This document shows positions 8,299 through 18,700 of a DNA stretch of 64,000 nucleotides, in pieces. The notes beneath the pieces are model-generated. The model was given only the letters and a program-made list of their open reading frames with translations, did no database searches and was not told where the DNA came from. The DNA lies in contig CAWGAA010000002.1 of the NCBI GenBank assembly GCA_963820525.1, positions 352,001-416,000 of the forward strand, written 5' to 3'. The translations under genes were made by a program, and so were the position numbers. Position 1 is the stretch's first letter; each line of letters starts with the position of its first letter. This DNA comes from an uncultured Spirochaetota bacterium (GTDB taxonomy: Bacteria > Spirochaetota > Spirochaetia > SZUA-6 > Fen-1364).

Positions 8299-11009
8299 CC
8301 GAAGCGCCGCGAGGCCCCCGTTTCATCGAAGAATCCTTTCCCGTCAAGGAAGTGGGCGCGGAGTCCGCGCGGGAGAAGAACATCCGGCACGGCCACATCT
8401 CCACGCTTCACATCTGGTGGGCGCGCCGCCCTCTGGCCTCTTCCAGGGCGACGGTGTATGGGGCCCTGGTGCCGACGCCGGAGACGCCCGATGACGTACG
8501 GAACACCAGGCAATTCATCATCGATTTCTCCAAGTGGGAGAACTCCCTCAATCCAACCATGATTCAAAGGGCCCGCCGGGACATCCTTGCGGCCGGCGGC
8601 GGAAGGTCTCCCCGGGTGCTCGATCCGTTCGGCGGCGGGGGAGCCATTCCCCTTGAAGCGCTCAGGCTGGGATGCGAGACGTACTCGGGAGACCTCAATC
8701 CCGTGGCGGTGCTGATCCAGAAATGCACCCTGGAGTACCCGCAAAAGTTCGGAAAGCAGGGCCCGGTCGTGCAGGAAGGCGAGGTGATCGGAAGCGCGCA
8801 CAAGCATGCTGTCAACGCGGAGAACAGGCTCCTGGAGGACGTGAAGAGATGGTCCGGCAGGGTCCTGAAGGAAGCGAAAGCCGGGCTTTCCCGATTCTAC
8901 CCCTCCGATCCCGACGGCTCAACTCCTGTTGGCTATATCTGGGCGCGGACCATCCCCTGCCAGAATCCCGCCTGCGGGGCGGAGATTCCCCTCATGCGCC
9001 AGTTCTGGCTGGCAAAGACGTCAAGTAAAAAGGTGAGCCTGTTCCCCTTCGTCAAGGCCGGCAGCGTCCTTTTCCGCATCGTGGGGGACGCATACAAGGA
9101 GATGCCTGCAGGCTTCGACCCGGAGGAGGGAACGGTTTCCCGGGCCGTGGCGAGGTGCCCGGTCTGCGGGTCCATGTCGGACGACACGACAACACGAAAG
9201 CTATTCCAGGAAGGGAAAGCCGGGCAGAGGATGATCGCCGTTGTCCTACTTAAGGAAGGACGGACGGGAAAAAGGTACAGGATATCGACTGAAGAGGATG
9301 AGGCCGTGTTCCTGGGTGCGGAAAAGGCGCTGGAGGGGAAGAGCGCCCTGCTCCGGGAAGAGTGGGGCATGGAGCCTGTACCGGATGAGCCGCTTCCGCC
9401 CGCGCGCACGCTCGGATTTAGAATACAGAACTACGCCATGAACACCTGGGGCGACCTGTTCAACTCACGGCAGAAGCTGGCGCTCATCATCTTTGCGGAC
9501 GCGGTGCGCCGCGCGTACAATGGGATGATCGCCGAGGGGTATGAGGCGGAGTACGCCAGAGCGGTAGTGGGGTATTTAGGAATATTGGTGGATAGGCTGG
9601 CAGATAAATCCGGCGTTCTTGTAAGGTATAACTCAGCTGCAGAGAAAATTGAAGGTGTCTTTGGTCGTCAGGCACTCCCAATGTTATGGGATTATGTTGA
9701 GACCAATCCCTTCACGGATGTCGGCTGGCACAACATGCAGGAGTGGATCGAACAGATCATCCAGCACTGCTCCCAAATCGAGCAGCCGGCGCACGTAACT
9801 CAATCTTCCGCAATCGCCCTGCCGTACGCCGACTCGTTCTTTGACGCCGTGTTCACCGATCCTCCCTACTACGATAATGTTCCCTATTCCTATCTCTCCG
9901 ATTTCTTCTACGTCTGGCTCAAGCGGACGATCGGAGACGCCTTTCCGGAGCTTTTTTCCACGCCCCTCACGCCCAAGAAAAGCGAGATCGTCGCGTACTC
10001 GGAAGGCGTCGGAGGATTCGAGGAGGGCAAGCGCCGGTTCGAGGAGATGCTGAAAAAATCGTTTCAGGAAATCCACAGGGTATTGAAACCCGACGGCGTT
10101 TCCCTGATCGTGTATGCCCACAAGTCCACGGCCGGATGGGAGACCCTCATCAACTCGCTCCTCGATTCGGGCCTCATCATGACGGGCGCCTGGCCGATCA
10201 ACACGGAGAAAGTAGGAAGGATGCGCTCTCAAGAATCCGCGGCCCTCGCATCCTCCATATACATCGTATGCCGCAAGATGACCCGCAAGCCCACGGGGAT
10301 TTACAGCGAAGTGAAGGAGGCGCTCGTCAATCACCTCGATCTAAAATTGGAGAAGCTCTGGGGAGAGGGAATCGGCGGGGCGGATTTCTTCATCGCGGCA
10401 ATCGGCTCGGCCATAGAAGTGTTCGGGAAGTTCGAGAAGGTCATCGACTTCGAGGGCACCACTGTGCGCGCGGACAGGCTGCTGGAGGACATTCGCCTGA
10501 TCGTCACCGATTTCGCGGTCCGCCGAATATTGAAAAACGGCTTTGCGGGGGAAATAACCGACCTGACGCGGTTCTACGTCCTCTTCCGCTGGGAGTTCGG
10601 AGAGTCGAGGGTCGGGTTCGACGAGGCGCGGAAGCTCGCCCAGAGCTGCGGAATCGATCTGGCCCTGGAATGGAACCGGGGCGGATTCATAATGAAGGAG
10701 AAAGAGCTCATACGCGTCATCGGCCCCCAGGAAAGGAAAGCGGAGAAGCTGAAGGACTCCACGGAGCTCATCGACGTGCTCCACCGCTGCCTGCTCCTGT
10801 GGGAGAAGAGCCGGAGGGACGAGATGATCCAGGCCCTCACGGAGTCCGGTTTCGGCAAGAGCGAGGCTTTCTTCCGCGTGGCCCAGGCGGTCTCTGAGAC
10901 GCTGCCGACGGAGAGCAGGGAGAAGAAGCTCCTGGACGGGTTCCTCTCGGGAAGGGAGAGGCTTCAGGAAACCGCGCGGCGAAGCTCTCGGCAGGGGGAG
11001 CTTTTCTAG
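8295..11009 (+). CDS. DUF1156 adenine-specific DNA methyltransferase with Zn ribbon
   Basis: [18 protein letters not shown], motif [19 protein letters not shown]...CPVCG, motif [13 protein letters not shown] start overlaps helicase stop. Confidence 0.92.
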   Translation: MTEAPRGPRFIEESFPVKEVGAESAREKNIRHGHISTLHIWWARRPLASSRATVYGALVPTPETPDDVRNTRQFIIDFSKWENSLNPTMIQRARRDILAAGGGRSPRVLDPFGGGGAIPLEALRLGCETYSGDLNPVAVLIQKCTLEYPQKFGKQGPVVQEGEVIGSAHKHAVNAENRLLEDVKRWSGRVLKEAKAGLSRFYPSDPDGSTPVGYIWARTIPCQNPACGAEIPLMRQFWLAKTSSKKVSLFPFVKAGSVLFRIVGDAYKEMPAGFDPEEGTVSRAVARCPVCGSMSDDTTTRKLFQEGKAGQRMIAVVLLKEGRTGKRYRISTEEDEAVFLGAEKALEGKSALLREEWGMEPVPDEPLPPARTLGFRIQNYAMNTWGDLFNSRQKLALIIFADAVRRAYNGMIAEGYEAEYARAVVGYLGILVDRLADKSGVLVRYNSAAEKIEGVFGRQALPMLWDYVETNPFTDVGWHNMQEWIEQIIQHCSQIEQPAHVTQSSAIALPYADSFFDAVFTDPPYYDNVPYSYLSDFFYVWLKRTIGDAFPELFSTPLTPKKSEIVAYSEGVGGFEEGKRRFEEMLKKSFQEIHRVLKPDGVSLIVYAHKSTAGWETLINSLLDSGLIMTGAWPINTEKVGRMRSQESAALASSIYIVCRKMTRKPTGIYSEVKEALVNHLDLKLEKLWGEGIGGADFFIAAIGSAIEVFGKFEKVIDFEGTTVRADRLLEDIRLIVTDFAVRRILKNGFAGEITDLTRFYVLFRWEFGESRVGFDEARKLAQSCGIDLALEWNRGGFIMKEKELIRVIGPQERKAEKLKDSTELIDVLHRCLLLWEKSRRDEMIQALTESGFGKSEAFFRVAQAVSETLPTESREKKLLDGFLSGRERLQETARRSSRQGELF

Positions 11010-11039
11010 GGTAGTATGACGGCAGTCGAGGTATAAGGG

Positions 11040-12254
11040 ATGAATGTTATCGCCAAACCGGCGCGGACCGTACCGAGGATCGAATACCTTCGTGTGCAGA
11101 ACTACCGTGCCTTGTGCGACATCGAACTCAAGGGATTGAAGCCTCTCACTGTTTTTCTCGGGCCTAATGGCAGTGGGAAATCCACGGTCTTCGATGTGTT
11201 CGCTTTCCTGGCTGAGTGTTTCACGATCGGGCTTCGTCGGGCATGGGACAAGCGGGGGCGCTTCAAGGAGCTTCGCACCAGAGGCCAGGAAGGACCCATC
11301 GTCATTGAGCTGAAATACAAGGAGAGCCCGAGCATTCCGACAATCACCTACCACATGGCGATAGACGAAGGCGACGGCGGGCCGTATATGGCCGAGGAAT
11401 GGCTCAAATGGAAAAGACAGAGCTATGGTAAGCCTTTCAATTTCCTCGATTTCCGGGGAGGTGCGGGAGAAGTCATTTCCGGGGAACTGCCCGACGAGAC
11501 GGACAATCGGGTATCCGAAAAACTCGAATCTCCCGAGCTTCTCGCCGTGAGCACACTCGGACAGCTTGCGAAGCATCCCCGCGTGAGCGCTCTGAGAAGG
11601 TTCATTACGGGATGGCATCTGTCGTATCTGAGCGCGGACGCCACACGCGGCCATCCCGAAGCCGGTCCTCAGGAGCGGCTTTCAACGACGGGGGACAACC
11701 TGCCAAACGTTATTCAGTATCTCAAGGAACAGCATCCTGAACGTCTTGAGCGGATATTAAAGACCCTTTCCTCAAGGATTCCCCGTTTGGAGAAAGTCAG
11801 CGCGGAAACCATGCAGGACGGAACCCTTCTCCTCCAGATCAAGGACGCTCCCTTCGAACGGCCGGTGCTTGCCCGTTTCGCTTCGGACGGCACGTTGAAA
11901 ATGCTCTCATACCTGACGCTCCTCTACGATCCAACTCCGCCGGAGCTTATCGGCATCGAGGAGCCCGAGAACCATCTCCATCCCAGACTTCTTCCGGAGC
12001 TTGCCGAGGAATGTAGAATCGCATCGAGCGGGACACAGCTTCTGATTACCACCCATTCTCCGTTTTTCGTGAACGGCCTGCAACCCGAAGAGTTGTGGGT
12101 CTTATTCCGTGACGAAAAAGGCTTTACGGGAGCGCGCTGCGCCGCGGACATGAAGGGGGTCAAGGAGTTTATGGAGGAAGGCGCCCAGCTTGGCTATTTG
12201 TGGATGGAAAGCCATTTCGAAGTCGGGGATCCGCTCGCTAAACCGAAGGACTGA
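11040..12254 (+). CDS. AAA_15/AAA_21-type ABC ATPase (defence-associated)
   Basis: VQNYRAL, Walker A GPNGSGKS, signature ASDGTLK, Walker [14 protein letters not shown]-loop ITTHSP; no TM helices. Confidence 0.92.
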   Translation: MNVIAKPARTVPRIEYLRVQNYRALCDIELKGLKPLTVFLGPNGSGKSTVFDVFAFLAECFTIGLRRAWDKRGRFKELRTRGQEGPIVIELKYKESPSIPTITYHMAIDEGDGGPYMAEEWLKWKRQSYGKPFNFLDFRGGAGEVISGELPDETDNRVSEKLESPELLAVSTLGQLAKHPRVSALRRFITGWHLSYLSADATRGHPEAGPQERLSTTGDNLPNVIQYLKEQHPERLERILKTLSSRIPRLEKVSAETMQDGTLLLQIKDAPFERPVLARFASDGTLKMLSYLTLLYDPTPPELIGIEEPENHLHPRLLPELAEECRIASSGTQLLITTHSPFFVNGLQPEELWVLFRDEKGFTGARCAADMKGVKEFMEEGAQLGYLWMESHFEVGDPLAKPKD

Positions 12255-12262
12255 CCGGGCGC

Positions 12263-12892
12263 ATGAGAATCGAAGTGATAGTCGAAGAACCTTCCGCCGA
12301 AGCCGCCTTGCAGAATATCTTGCCGAAAATGATTCCGGTTGGATCAAGCTTCAAGATTCATGTGCATCAGGGCAAGCAGGACCTGCTCTCAAAGCTTGTG
12401 AGCCGCCTACGCGCGTACCGCAAGCACATTGCCAAAGATGACAGGCTTATGGTTCTCGTGGACAGAGACAGGGAGAATTGCCACAGCTTGAAGAAAAAAA
12501 TGGAAAACGCAGCAGAAAAGGCGGGGCTTGTATCGAAATCGAAAGCGAAAGGGAAGACCTTTCACGTCATGAACAGGCTCGCAATTGAGGAGTTGGAGGC
12601 CTGGTTTTTCGGGGATCCGCAGGCTATTTCGGAAGCATTCCCGAAAATACCGGTATCCGTCTTCAATAGAGAGCCATATCGGATTCCCGATTCTATCAAA
12701 GGAGGAACGGCGGAAGCCCTCGAGAGGGTGCTCAAGCAGTACCGATACTATCCCAGCGGCATGCCCAAGATCGAGGTTGCTCGCGCGATCTCCTCACGCA
12801 TGGATCCTTCGCGTAACATTTCGAAAAGCTTCAAAGTATTCAAGAAAGGGATCGAAGTCCTCACGGGCTGTAAGGAAGCAATCCATGATTGA
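12263..12892 (+). CDS. DUF4276-like TOPRIM-fold protein, putative nuclease effector
   Basis: IEVIVEEPSAE (conserved Glu), LVDRD (DxD), AIEELEAWFFGD, C-terminal N.SKSF. Confidence 0.82.
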   Translation: MRIEVIVEEPSAEAALQNILPKMIPVGSSFKIHVHQGKQDLLSKLVSRLRAYRKHIAKDDRLMVLVDRDRENCHSLKKKMENAAEKAGLVSKSKAKGKTFHVMNRLAIEELEAWFFGDPQAISEAFPKIPVSVFNREPYRIPDSIKGGTAEALERVLKQYRYYPSGMPKIEVARAISSRMDPSRNISKSFKVFKKGIEVLTGCKEAIHD

Positions 12893-13205
12893 CCGCCAGG
12901 AAATGCTGGATAAAGCCATACGCATTATCGTTTCAGCGTCGGATCCCGATAGAATCATCCTGTTCGGATCTCGCGCGCGGGGCGAGGTTTTCGCCGGCGG
13001 CGATTACGATCTTTTCGTTCTGAAGAAGGGCATGCGGGATCCACGGAGGGTCGCGCAGAAAATCTACATGGGTCTCGCCGGCTTCGGCGCTCCGGTCGAC
13101 GTCATTGTGGAAGACGAGGAGAAATACGAGCGGCTGAAAGACGATCCGTACCTCATCTACCACGCGATCGCGGCGGAAGGCAAAGTCATATATGAAAAAT
13201 CGTGA
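12885..13205 (+). CDS. Minimal nucleotidyltransferase (MNT) antitoxin
   Basis: IILFGSRARGEVFAGGDYDLFV (GSx10DxD), PVDVIV, EGKVIYE; ATG 12885 with AAGGA upstream, 106 aa. Confidence 0.9.
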   Translation: MIDRQEMLDKAIRIIVSASDPDRIILFGSRARGEVFAGGDYDLFVLKKGMRDPRRVAQKIYMGLAGFGAPVDVIVEDEEKYERLKDDPYLIYHAIAAEGKVIYEKS

Positions 13206-13587
13206 ACACGCGGTTGAATGGCTGCACAGGGCGAGAAGCAGCCTTCTTCAGGCCAGGCTTGGCAGATCGGAGCCTGGGATACTCATTGAAGATCTCTGTT
13301 ATCACGCGCAGCAGGCGGTCGAAAAGGCCCTGAAAGCGGTCTGTATTCATATAGGAATAGATGTGCCCAAGGTTCACGACATTGGGTTTTTAATCGATCT
13401 GCTCGCCGCCAATTCCATGCATCTTCCCGAAGAGCTCAACATCGCGCGAACGCTGACGGTCTATGCCGTCACCACCCGCTATCCCGGCGATTACCCTCCC
13501 GTGTCCGAGGCGGATTACGCTTCAGCGATTGAGACGGCGGAGAATGTAGTCCGCTGGGCTTCCCGGGAAATCGAGGGAGCTTTATGA
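13192..13587 (+). CDS. HEPN domain protein (COG2250-type)
   Basis: CYHAQQAVEKALKA, PKVHDI, TTRYPG; paired with MNT. Confidence 0.9.
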   Translation: MKNREHAVEWLHRARSSLLQARLGRSEPGILIEDLCYHAQQAVEKALKAVCIHIGIDVPKVHDIGFLIDLLAANSMHLPEELNIARTLTVYAVTTRYPGDYPPVSEADYASAIETAENVVRWASREIEGAL

Positions 13588-16100
13588 AGCCTTTCCACAC
13601 TGTTGCCGTTCCTCACCGGGATATCCTCGAAGGCCGTCTCACGATGGACGTTTTCGCGGCGGACCTCTGGCAGGTGTGCCGTCGCCAGGGTCCCGACGAG
13701 TACCGCGACGCGGATACCTTCTTTCGAAAGACGTTCGTCACGCAAGGGTTGCAGAACCTTCTTGATATCGTGGAGAAGAGGCTTGCGGGCCGGGGCGGGG
13801 ATCCCGTCATACAGATCCAGACGCCTTTCGGCGGGGGGAAGACCCATTCGCTCATCGCGATGTACCACAAGGCCGTTGAATGGCGCGCGAAGCAGGTCGT
13901 GATGGTCGGAACGGCCCCCGGCGGACAAAAAACCCTTTGGGGGTGGCTCGAAGAGCAGCTTACGGGGAAGATCGACGCGCTTTCCGGTCCCGTATCACCC
14001 GGGAAAATCGCCCTTCTCAAGCTCCTCGAACAGCACCAGCCCGTGCTCATTCTGATGGACGAAATCCTCGAGTACGCGGTGAAGGCGGCAGGCACGAAAG
14101 TCGGAGAGAGCACTCTCGCCGCCCAGACTCTCGCCTTCATACAAGAGCTGGGAGAAACGGTGAGCGGCCTTGACAAAGCGTGTCTTGTCGTCACGATCCC
14201 TTCCAGCGTCGCTCCCCTGTACGACCAGAACGCCGAAAGGCTATTCCTGGGATTGCAGATGGTGGCGGGGCGGATCGAGAAGATCTACACCCCCATCGCC
14301 GACAGCGAAATCGCGAGCATCATCCGGAGCCGGCTTTTCAGCTCGTTCGATCAGCCGAAGGCGAAGGAGGTCGTGGACTCTTTCATCGAATACGCGGAAA
14401 GAGAAGGCATTCTTCCGTTCGGCTCGAGCGCGGGCGAATATCGCGACCGGTTTCTCGCGTCGTATCCGTTCATGCCCGAAGTGGTCGATGTTCTCTATCA
14501 GAGGTGGGGCAGCTTCGGTACTTTCCAGAGAACCCGGGGAGTGCTGAGGCTTCTCTCATTGGTCGTGCATACACTCAGGAATAGCGCCAAGACGTATATC
14601 GGTCTTTCGGACTTCGATCTGGGCAACCAGGAAATACGGCAGGAGCTGCTGAAGCATATAGGATCGGAGTTCAACAGCGTGATCGCCTCGGATATCACGG
14701 AGCCCTCCAGCGGCGCCCAAAAAGTCAACGGTTCCCTTGGAAACGCGTATCGAGGGCTGTCCCTGGGCACGAGCGCCGCGACATCGATTTTCCTCTATTC
14801 CTTTTCCGGCGGGCACGAACGGGGGGCCACGCTGGCCGAAGTTAAAAGAGCCGCGACCACCACGGAGAATCCCGCGAGCGTGGTCGCCGAGGCCGTGGAG
14901 CAGCTCAAGGCACGGCTTTTCTTCATGCAGAGCGTCGGAGAAAGACTCTTTTTTTCAAACAAGCCCAATCTCAATAAGACGCTTTTAAACCGGATCGAGA
15001 ACCTTGACGACAGCGAGGTGATCGAAGCCGAACGGGAGCTGCTCATATCGTGCCTTTCGCGCCAGAAGCTCAAGGTAACCGTCTGGCAGGATGATCCCGC
15101 TCAAATCCAGGACACCGATTCGCTTCAGCTCCTGATATTGAGAGACCGCCAGGAGGAGGTGATGAAGGACATTATTCGGAACAAGGGCCAGACTCCCCGG
15201 GTGTACGGCAACGCCCTTTTTTTCCTCTATCCCCACGACAATGAGAAAACCGCATTATCCGCAGCGCTCAAAAAAAGAATGGCGTACGAATCGATAGAGG
15301 AAGATCAGGATTTCCCGCTGACCGAGGAACAGCGACGGGAGCTCGCGAAAGTGCTGAAGAAGTGCAGGATAAGCGCGAACGAAGCGCTTCGCAGAGCGTA
15401 TCGAATGGCGGCAGTCCCGTCGAAAGACGGCTTGCGTGAAATAGACCTCGGAGTACCGACCTACGGCGAGAATAAAAACATTGACGACGGGGTATACGAC
15501 AAGCTGCGGTCGGAAGGGCTTCTGTTGGAGAACCTGGCTCCTCTGGTGATCCGTGAGAAATATCTGGCCGGAAAAGAGTATGTGAGCACCGAGGCCATTT
15601 TCCAATCCGCTCTGAAGACCCCGGGAGAACCCAGGCCAATCTCGAAATCGGCAATCGAAAAAGGAATCCGTGAAGGCGTGAAAAGCGGCCTCTTCGGCTT
15701 GGGAGAGTTGGAAGGGGTTGATGCGAAGTGTCTGTTCTTTCAGACGGAACCTTCAGTAGCGTTCGGCGGCAAGGAAGTGCTTATCTGCGACGCGAAATGC
15801 GTGGAACAGAAGAAAAGCGAGCCGATTCAAGCGCCCTTGTCTCCATCCGGAGCACCGACCGCCAAGGTGTCTTCCCACCCGCAGCCGGGTCGAAGCGGCA
15901 AAACCTCGATCGTGATATCGTTTCGAGTGCCCAAGGGCAAAGTCAGCTCCATTATGGGCGTCATGAACTACCTCCAAAGCAGGTTCGAAGGTCTGGATAT
16001 TACGTTAACAGCAAGCGGCGGCGAGATCACGCTTCAAGAATACGACGACAAAGTCATGGAAGCGTTCCGACAGGCGGGAATAGAGGTGAGAGAGGGGTGA
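13584..16100 (+). CDS. DUF499 family AAA+ ATPase
   Basis: AVPHRDILEG...FAADLW, Walker A TPFGGGKTH, Walker B VLILMDE, YPFMPE, FQRTRGVLRLL. Confidence 0.92.
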   Translation: MKPFHTVAVPHRDILEGRLTMDVFAADLWQVCRRQGPDEYRDADTFFRKTFVTQGLQNLLDIVEKRLAGRGGDPVIQIQTPFGGGKTHSLIAMYHKAVEWRAKQVVMVGTAPGGQKTLWGWLEEQLTGKIDALSGPVSPGKIALLKLLEQHQPVLILMDEILEYAVKAAGTKVGESTLAAQTLAFIQELGETVSGLDKACLVVTIPSSVAPLYDQNAERLFLGLQMVAGRIEKIYTPIADSEIASIIRSRLFSSFDQPKAKEVVDSFIEYAEREGILPFGSSAGEYRDRFLASYPFMPEVVDVLYQRWGSFGTFQRTRGVLRLLSLVVHTLRNSAKTYIGLSDFDLGNQEIRQELLKHIGSEFNSVIASDITEPSSGAQKVNGSLGNAYRGLSLGTSAATSIFLYSFSGGHERGATLAEVKRAATTTENPASVVAEAVEQLKARLFFMQSVGERLFFSNKPNLNKTLLNRIENLDDSEVIEAERELLISCLSRQKLKVTVWQDDPAQIQDTDSLQLLILRDRQEEVMKDIIRNKGQTPRVYGNALFFLYPHDNEKTALSAALKKRMAYESIEEDQDFPLTEEQRRELAKVLKKCRISANEALRRAYRMAAVPSKDGLREIDLGVPTYGENKNIDDGVYDKLRSEGLLLENLAPLVIREKYLAGKEYVSTEAIFQSALKTPGEPRPISKSAIEKGIREGVKSGLFGLGELEGVDAKCLFFQTEPSVAFGGKEVLICDAKCVEQKKSEPIQAPLSPSGAPTAKVSSHPQPGRSGKTSIVISFRVPKGKVSSIMGVMNYLQSRFEGLDITLTASGGEITLQEYDDKVMEAFRQAGIEVREG

Positions 16101-16141
16101 GATCCCCCGATACACGGTATCGAGAGCATGTATATCGAAGG

Positions 16142-18700
16142 CTACTCGTACCTCAGCGCCTCTACGATCTGCAGGCGCGCGGCCTGCCTGGCCGGCACGA
16201 TGGCCGCCAGGGCGCCGAAGAACAATCCGAAAAACACGGCGGTGAGCATTCCGGCGATCGGGAAGGCGAAGCCGAGAGGGAAGATGTCCTTTATCGCGGA
16301 CACGAAGGCGTCGCCGAGATAGAGGCCGCCCAGAAGCCCGAAGGCCGTTCCGATGGCGGCAAGAAGAAGGGCTTCGGCCAGCACCATCCCCCGGATCTGG
16401 CCCCGTGTCGCTCCCACCGCTCGGATCATGCCGATCTCCCGGGTGCGTTCGATGACGCTGATGGCGAGGGTATTGATCATCGCGATGAGCGACGGCAAGG
16501 CAAGAAAGGCGAAGAGCAGATATATTCCCGAGAGGGCGGCGTTCATCTGGTCCTTGATCGAATTGTAGAAGGTCCGTCCCCGGATCATCTGGAACTGGGG
16601 GTAATCATGGCTAACCGCCTTGATCCCGCGCTCGGCAGCCTCCGCGTCGGCGCCCGGTTTCAGGTTCAGCTGGAGGAAAACATCCTCCTCCTTGCCGAAA
16701 TCGGAAAACAGATTCGCCTGAGAAATGAACGCGGAGGGTGCCTTAGCGTTCAGAAGGTCCGCGGCCAGTGCGGCCACGCGATACTCCACGGAACCGCCCG
16801 GACCGAGGAGCGTCACCATCTGGCCGACCTTTGCGCCGCTGGCCTTCAGGAAAACGCCGTTTGCGATGAGCGCCCTCCCCTTGGAGATTTCCCCGTACGC
16901 CGAATCGTTTCCCTGCAGGAAATACAATCCTCCTACCTTCGGAAATGCCACGGGGTCCACGCCCAGAAGCGAGACCGCTTGTCCCTTCACGCTTGAGCCT
17001 GCGTAGCGCATTGTGGCCACCTCGCTCACTCCGTCTATGCCCCGAAGCCTGCGGGCGAACTCCGGGCCCGCCCCGATATCGCTGCTCCAAACGCTGATGG
17101 CCGGCGGGACGAACAGGTAATCGCTTCCCATATTTTTCTGCATCAGCTCGTTGAGTGGGACGGTAAGGCTGGAGAGCAGGCCGCCGGCGGCCACGATCAC
17201 CGCCAGCCCCAGCATGGTGGATGATGCCGTGACCGCCGTCCGCATCGACTGGCGCTTGATGTTGCCGCACGCGATCTCGCCGATTCCCTGCCGTGCGTAG
17301 ATGGCCGCGATGAGCCTTCCGAATATGCCGGCGAGGGGAGTCACCAACGTCGGCGCCACAAGCACCAGACCGACAAGGAAGAGAAGCCCGCCGGGAACGA
17401 TCACTGCAGGCTTCCCTGAAAAGAGCGCAATCGTGGAGAGCGCTATGACGAGCGCTCCGGCGACGAATCCCGGGCTTATCCGCCGCAGCAGGCCCGATTG
17501 CGCGGCCATCGGTCTCATGGCCTCCAGGGGAGTCACTCTGCCGGCGTTTCGCGCGGGAAGAAGCGCGGCAAGGACCGTTATCCCCACGCCGAGCAGAACG
17601 CAGCCGACCACCAGAAGGGGAGAGACAACCGGGGCGCTGATTTTCAGGTTGATGTACCGGCTGAGATAGGGAGAGGCCAGCTTGACGCCCCCAACCACGA
17701 GCGCGTATCCGAGAGCCAGCCCCACTGCGCTTCCCAGGAGCCCTTGCAAGGTCCCTTCGGCGATGATCATCCCGATTATCGTCCGGCGGTTTGCTCCAAT
17801 GGCGCGCAGCATTCCGATGTCGCGCCTGCGCTCGGCCACCACGGTGCGGAAGGTGTTGAAGATGATGAAGCCGCCCATGAAAAGGGCCAGGACTCCGAAG
17901 AGATTGAAGGCAGCCTGCGCCGTTTTTATGTTTTCGTCGAACGCCTCGGTCCCGGAGATGAGAGTGCCCACGCGGAACTCGACGCCCAGGACGTCCTGGA
18001 CTGCTTTCTGGATTCTCGCGCGCTGGGCCTCGGAAGTGAAGGGGTTTACGATATCGATCTCAATCCTATTGACCCTTCCGTCCTCCCCCGTCATGAGCCC
18101 GGCCTGCTTCAGCGTGACGAGCACTTCCTCGGCGCCGGGTTTGAGGCGGGGAGGCAGGATCCCGACCACCTTCAAGTCGGTCACACCGTTGACCGAGGGG
18201 ATGGGGAGCACCTCTCCCACCTTGAGGTCGAGCGTGTCCGCGAGAGTCTGGGAAATGACCGCCGAAGCGCCGTCCGATGGCTCCAGGAATCTGCCCGAAA
18301 CCACGGGAAACGGGAGCAGCGCCCGCTCGGCCTCTGGATCTATGCCGGTGAGCGAGAGCGCCGAAATCCTGTCCGGCTTCTTCGGGTCTTTGTCGTAAAA
18401 GTCCGCGGGGAGATTCACCGTGCGATTGAGGGAAGCGGAAACGGCACGGATCCCTTCCATCCGCGCCACCGCGGGCAGGATGTCCGCTGAGAAGGAGCCG
18501 CTCGTGATGCGGGTGGCCGTGAAATCGACCGCGCCGTGAGCCGCCAGCATGTTCGCCCCGAGCGCTTTGGTCATGGTGGGCAGGATGGTGTTCATCGCGA
18601 ATATGACGAGCACCCCGAAAACGACGGCGAGAGTTGTGAGCACGGTGCGCAGCCTGCGCCCGTTCAGATAGCGCCAGGCAAGACTGAACTGAAGCCTCAT
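16142..18700 (-). CDS. ABC transporter permease with duplicated MacB/FtsX domains
   Basis: Two repeats of TM, periplasmic domain and ERRRDIGMLRAIGA / ERTREIGMIRAVGA motifs. Confidence 0.92.
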   Translation of the reverse strand: MRLQFSLAWRYLNGRRLRTVLTTLAVVFGVLVIFAMNTILPTMTKALGANMLAAHGAVDFTATRITSGSFSADILPAVARMEGIRAVSASLNRTVNLPADFYDKDPKKPDRISALSLTGIDPEAERALLPFPVVSGRFLEPSDGASAVISQTLADTLDLKVGEVLPIPSVNGVTDLKVVGILPPRLKPGAEEVLVTLKQAGLMTGEDGRVNRIEIDIVNPFTSEAQRARIQKAVQDVLGVEFRVGTLISGTEAFDENIKTAQAAFNLFGVLALFMGGFIIFNTFRTVVAERRRDIGMLRAIGANRRTIIGMIIAEGTLQGLLGSAVGLALGYALVVGGVKLASPYLSRYINLKISAPVVSPLLVVGCVLLGVGITVLAALLPARNAGRVTPLEAMRPMAAQSGLLRRISPGFVAGALVIALSTIALFSGKPAVIVPGGLLFLVGLVLVAPTLVTPLAGIFGRLIAAIYARQGIGEIACGNIKRQSMRTAVTASSTMLGLAVIVAAGGLLSSLTVPLNELMQKNMGSDYLFVPPAISVWSSDIGAGPEFARRLRGIDGVSEVATMRYAGSSVKGQAVSLLGVDPVAFPKVGGLYFLQGNDSAYGEISKGRALIANGVFLKASGAKVGQMVTLLGPGGSVEYRVAALAADLLNAKAPSAFISQANLFSDFGKEEDVFLQLNLKPGADAEAAERGIKAVSHDYPQFQMIRGRTFYNSIKDQMNAALSGIYLLFAFLALPSLIAMINTLAISVIERTREIGMIRAVGATRGQIRGMVLAEALLLAAIGTAFGLLGGLYLGDAFVSAIKDIFPLGFAFPIAGMLTAVFFGLFFGALAAIVPARQAARLQIVEALRYE

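Noticed and set aside
4954..16100. Assignment as BREX, DISARM or type I/III R-M
   Set aside because: No PglZ/BrxC/PglX, DrmA/DrmB, HsdS/HsdR or Res/Mod signatures; motifs fit DUF1156/DUF499/SNF2 instead.
2341..16141. Island as an integrative element or prophage
   Set aside because: No integrase, transposase, phage gene or flanking direct repeat seen. tRNA-Thr is 4 kb away, the island lies on its 5' side, and I found no duplicated tRNA end.
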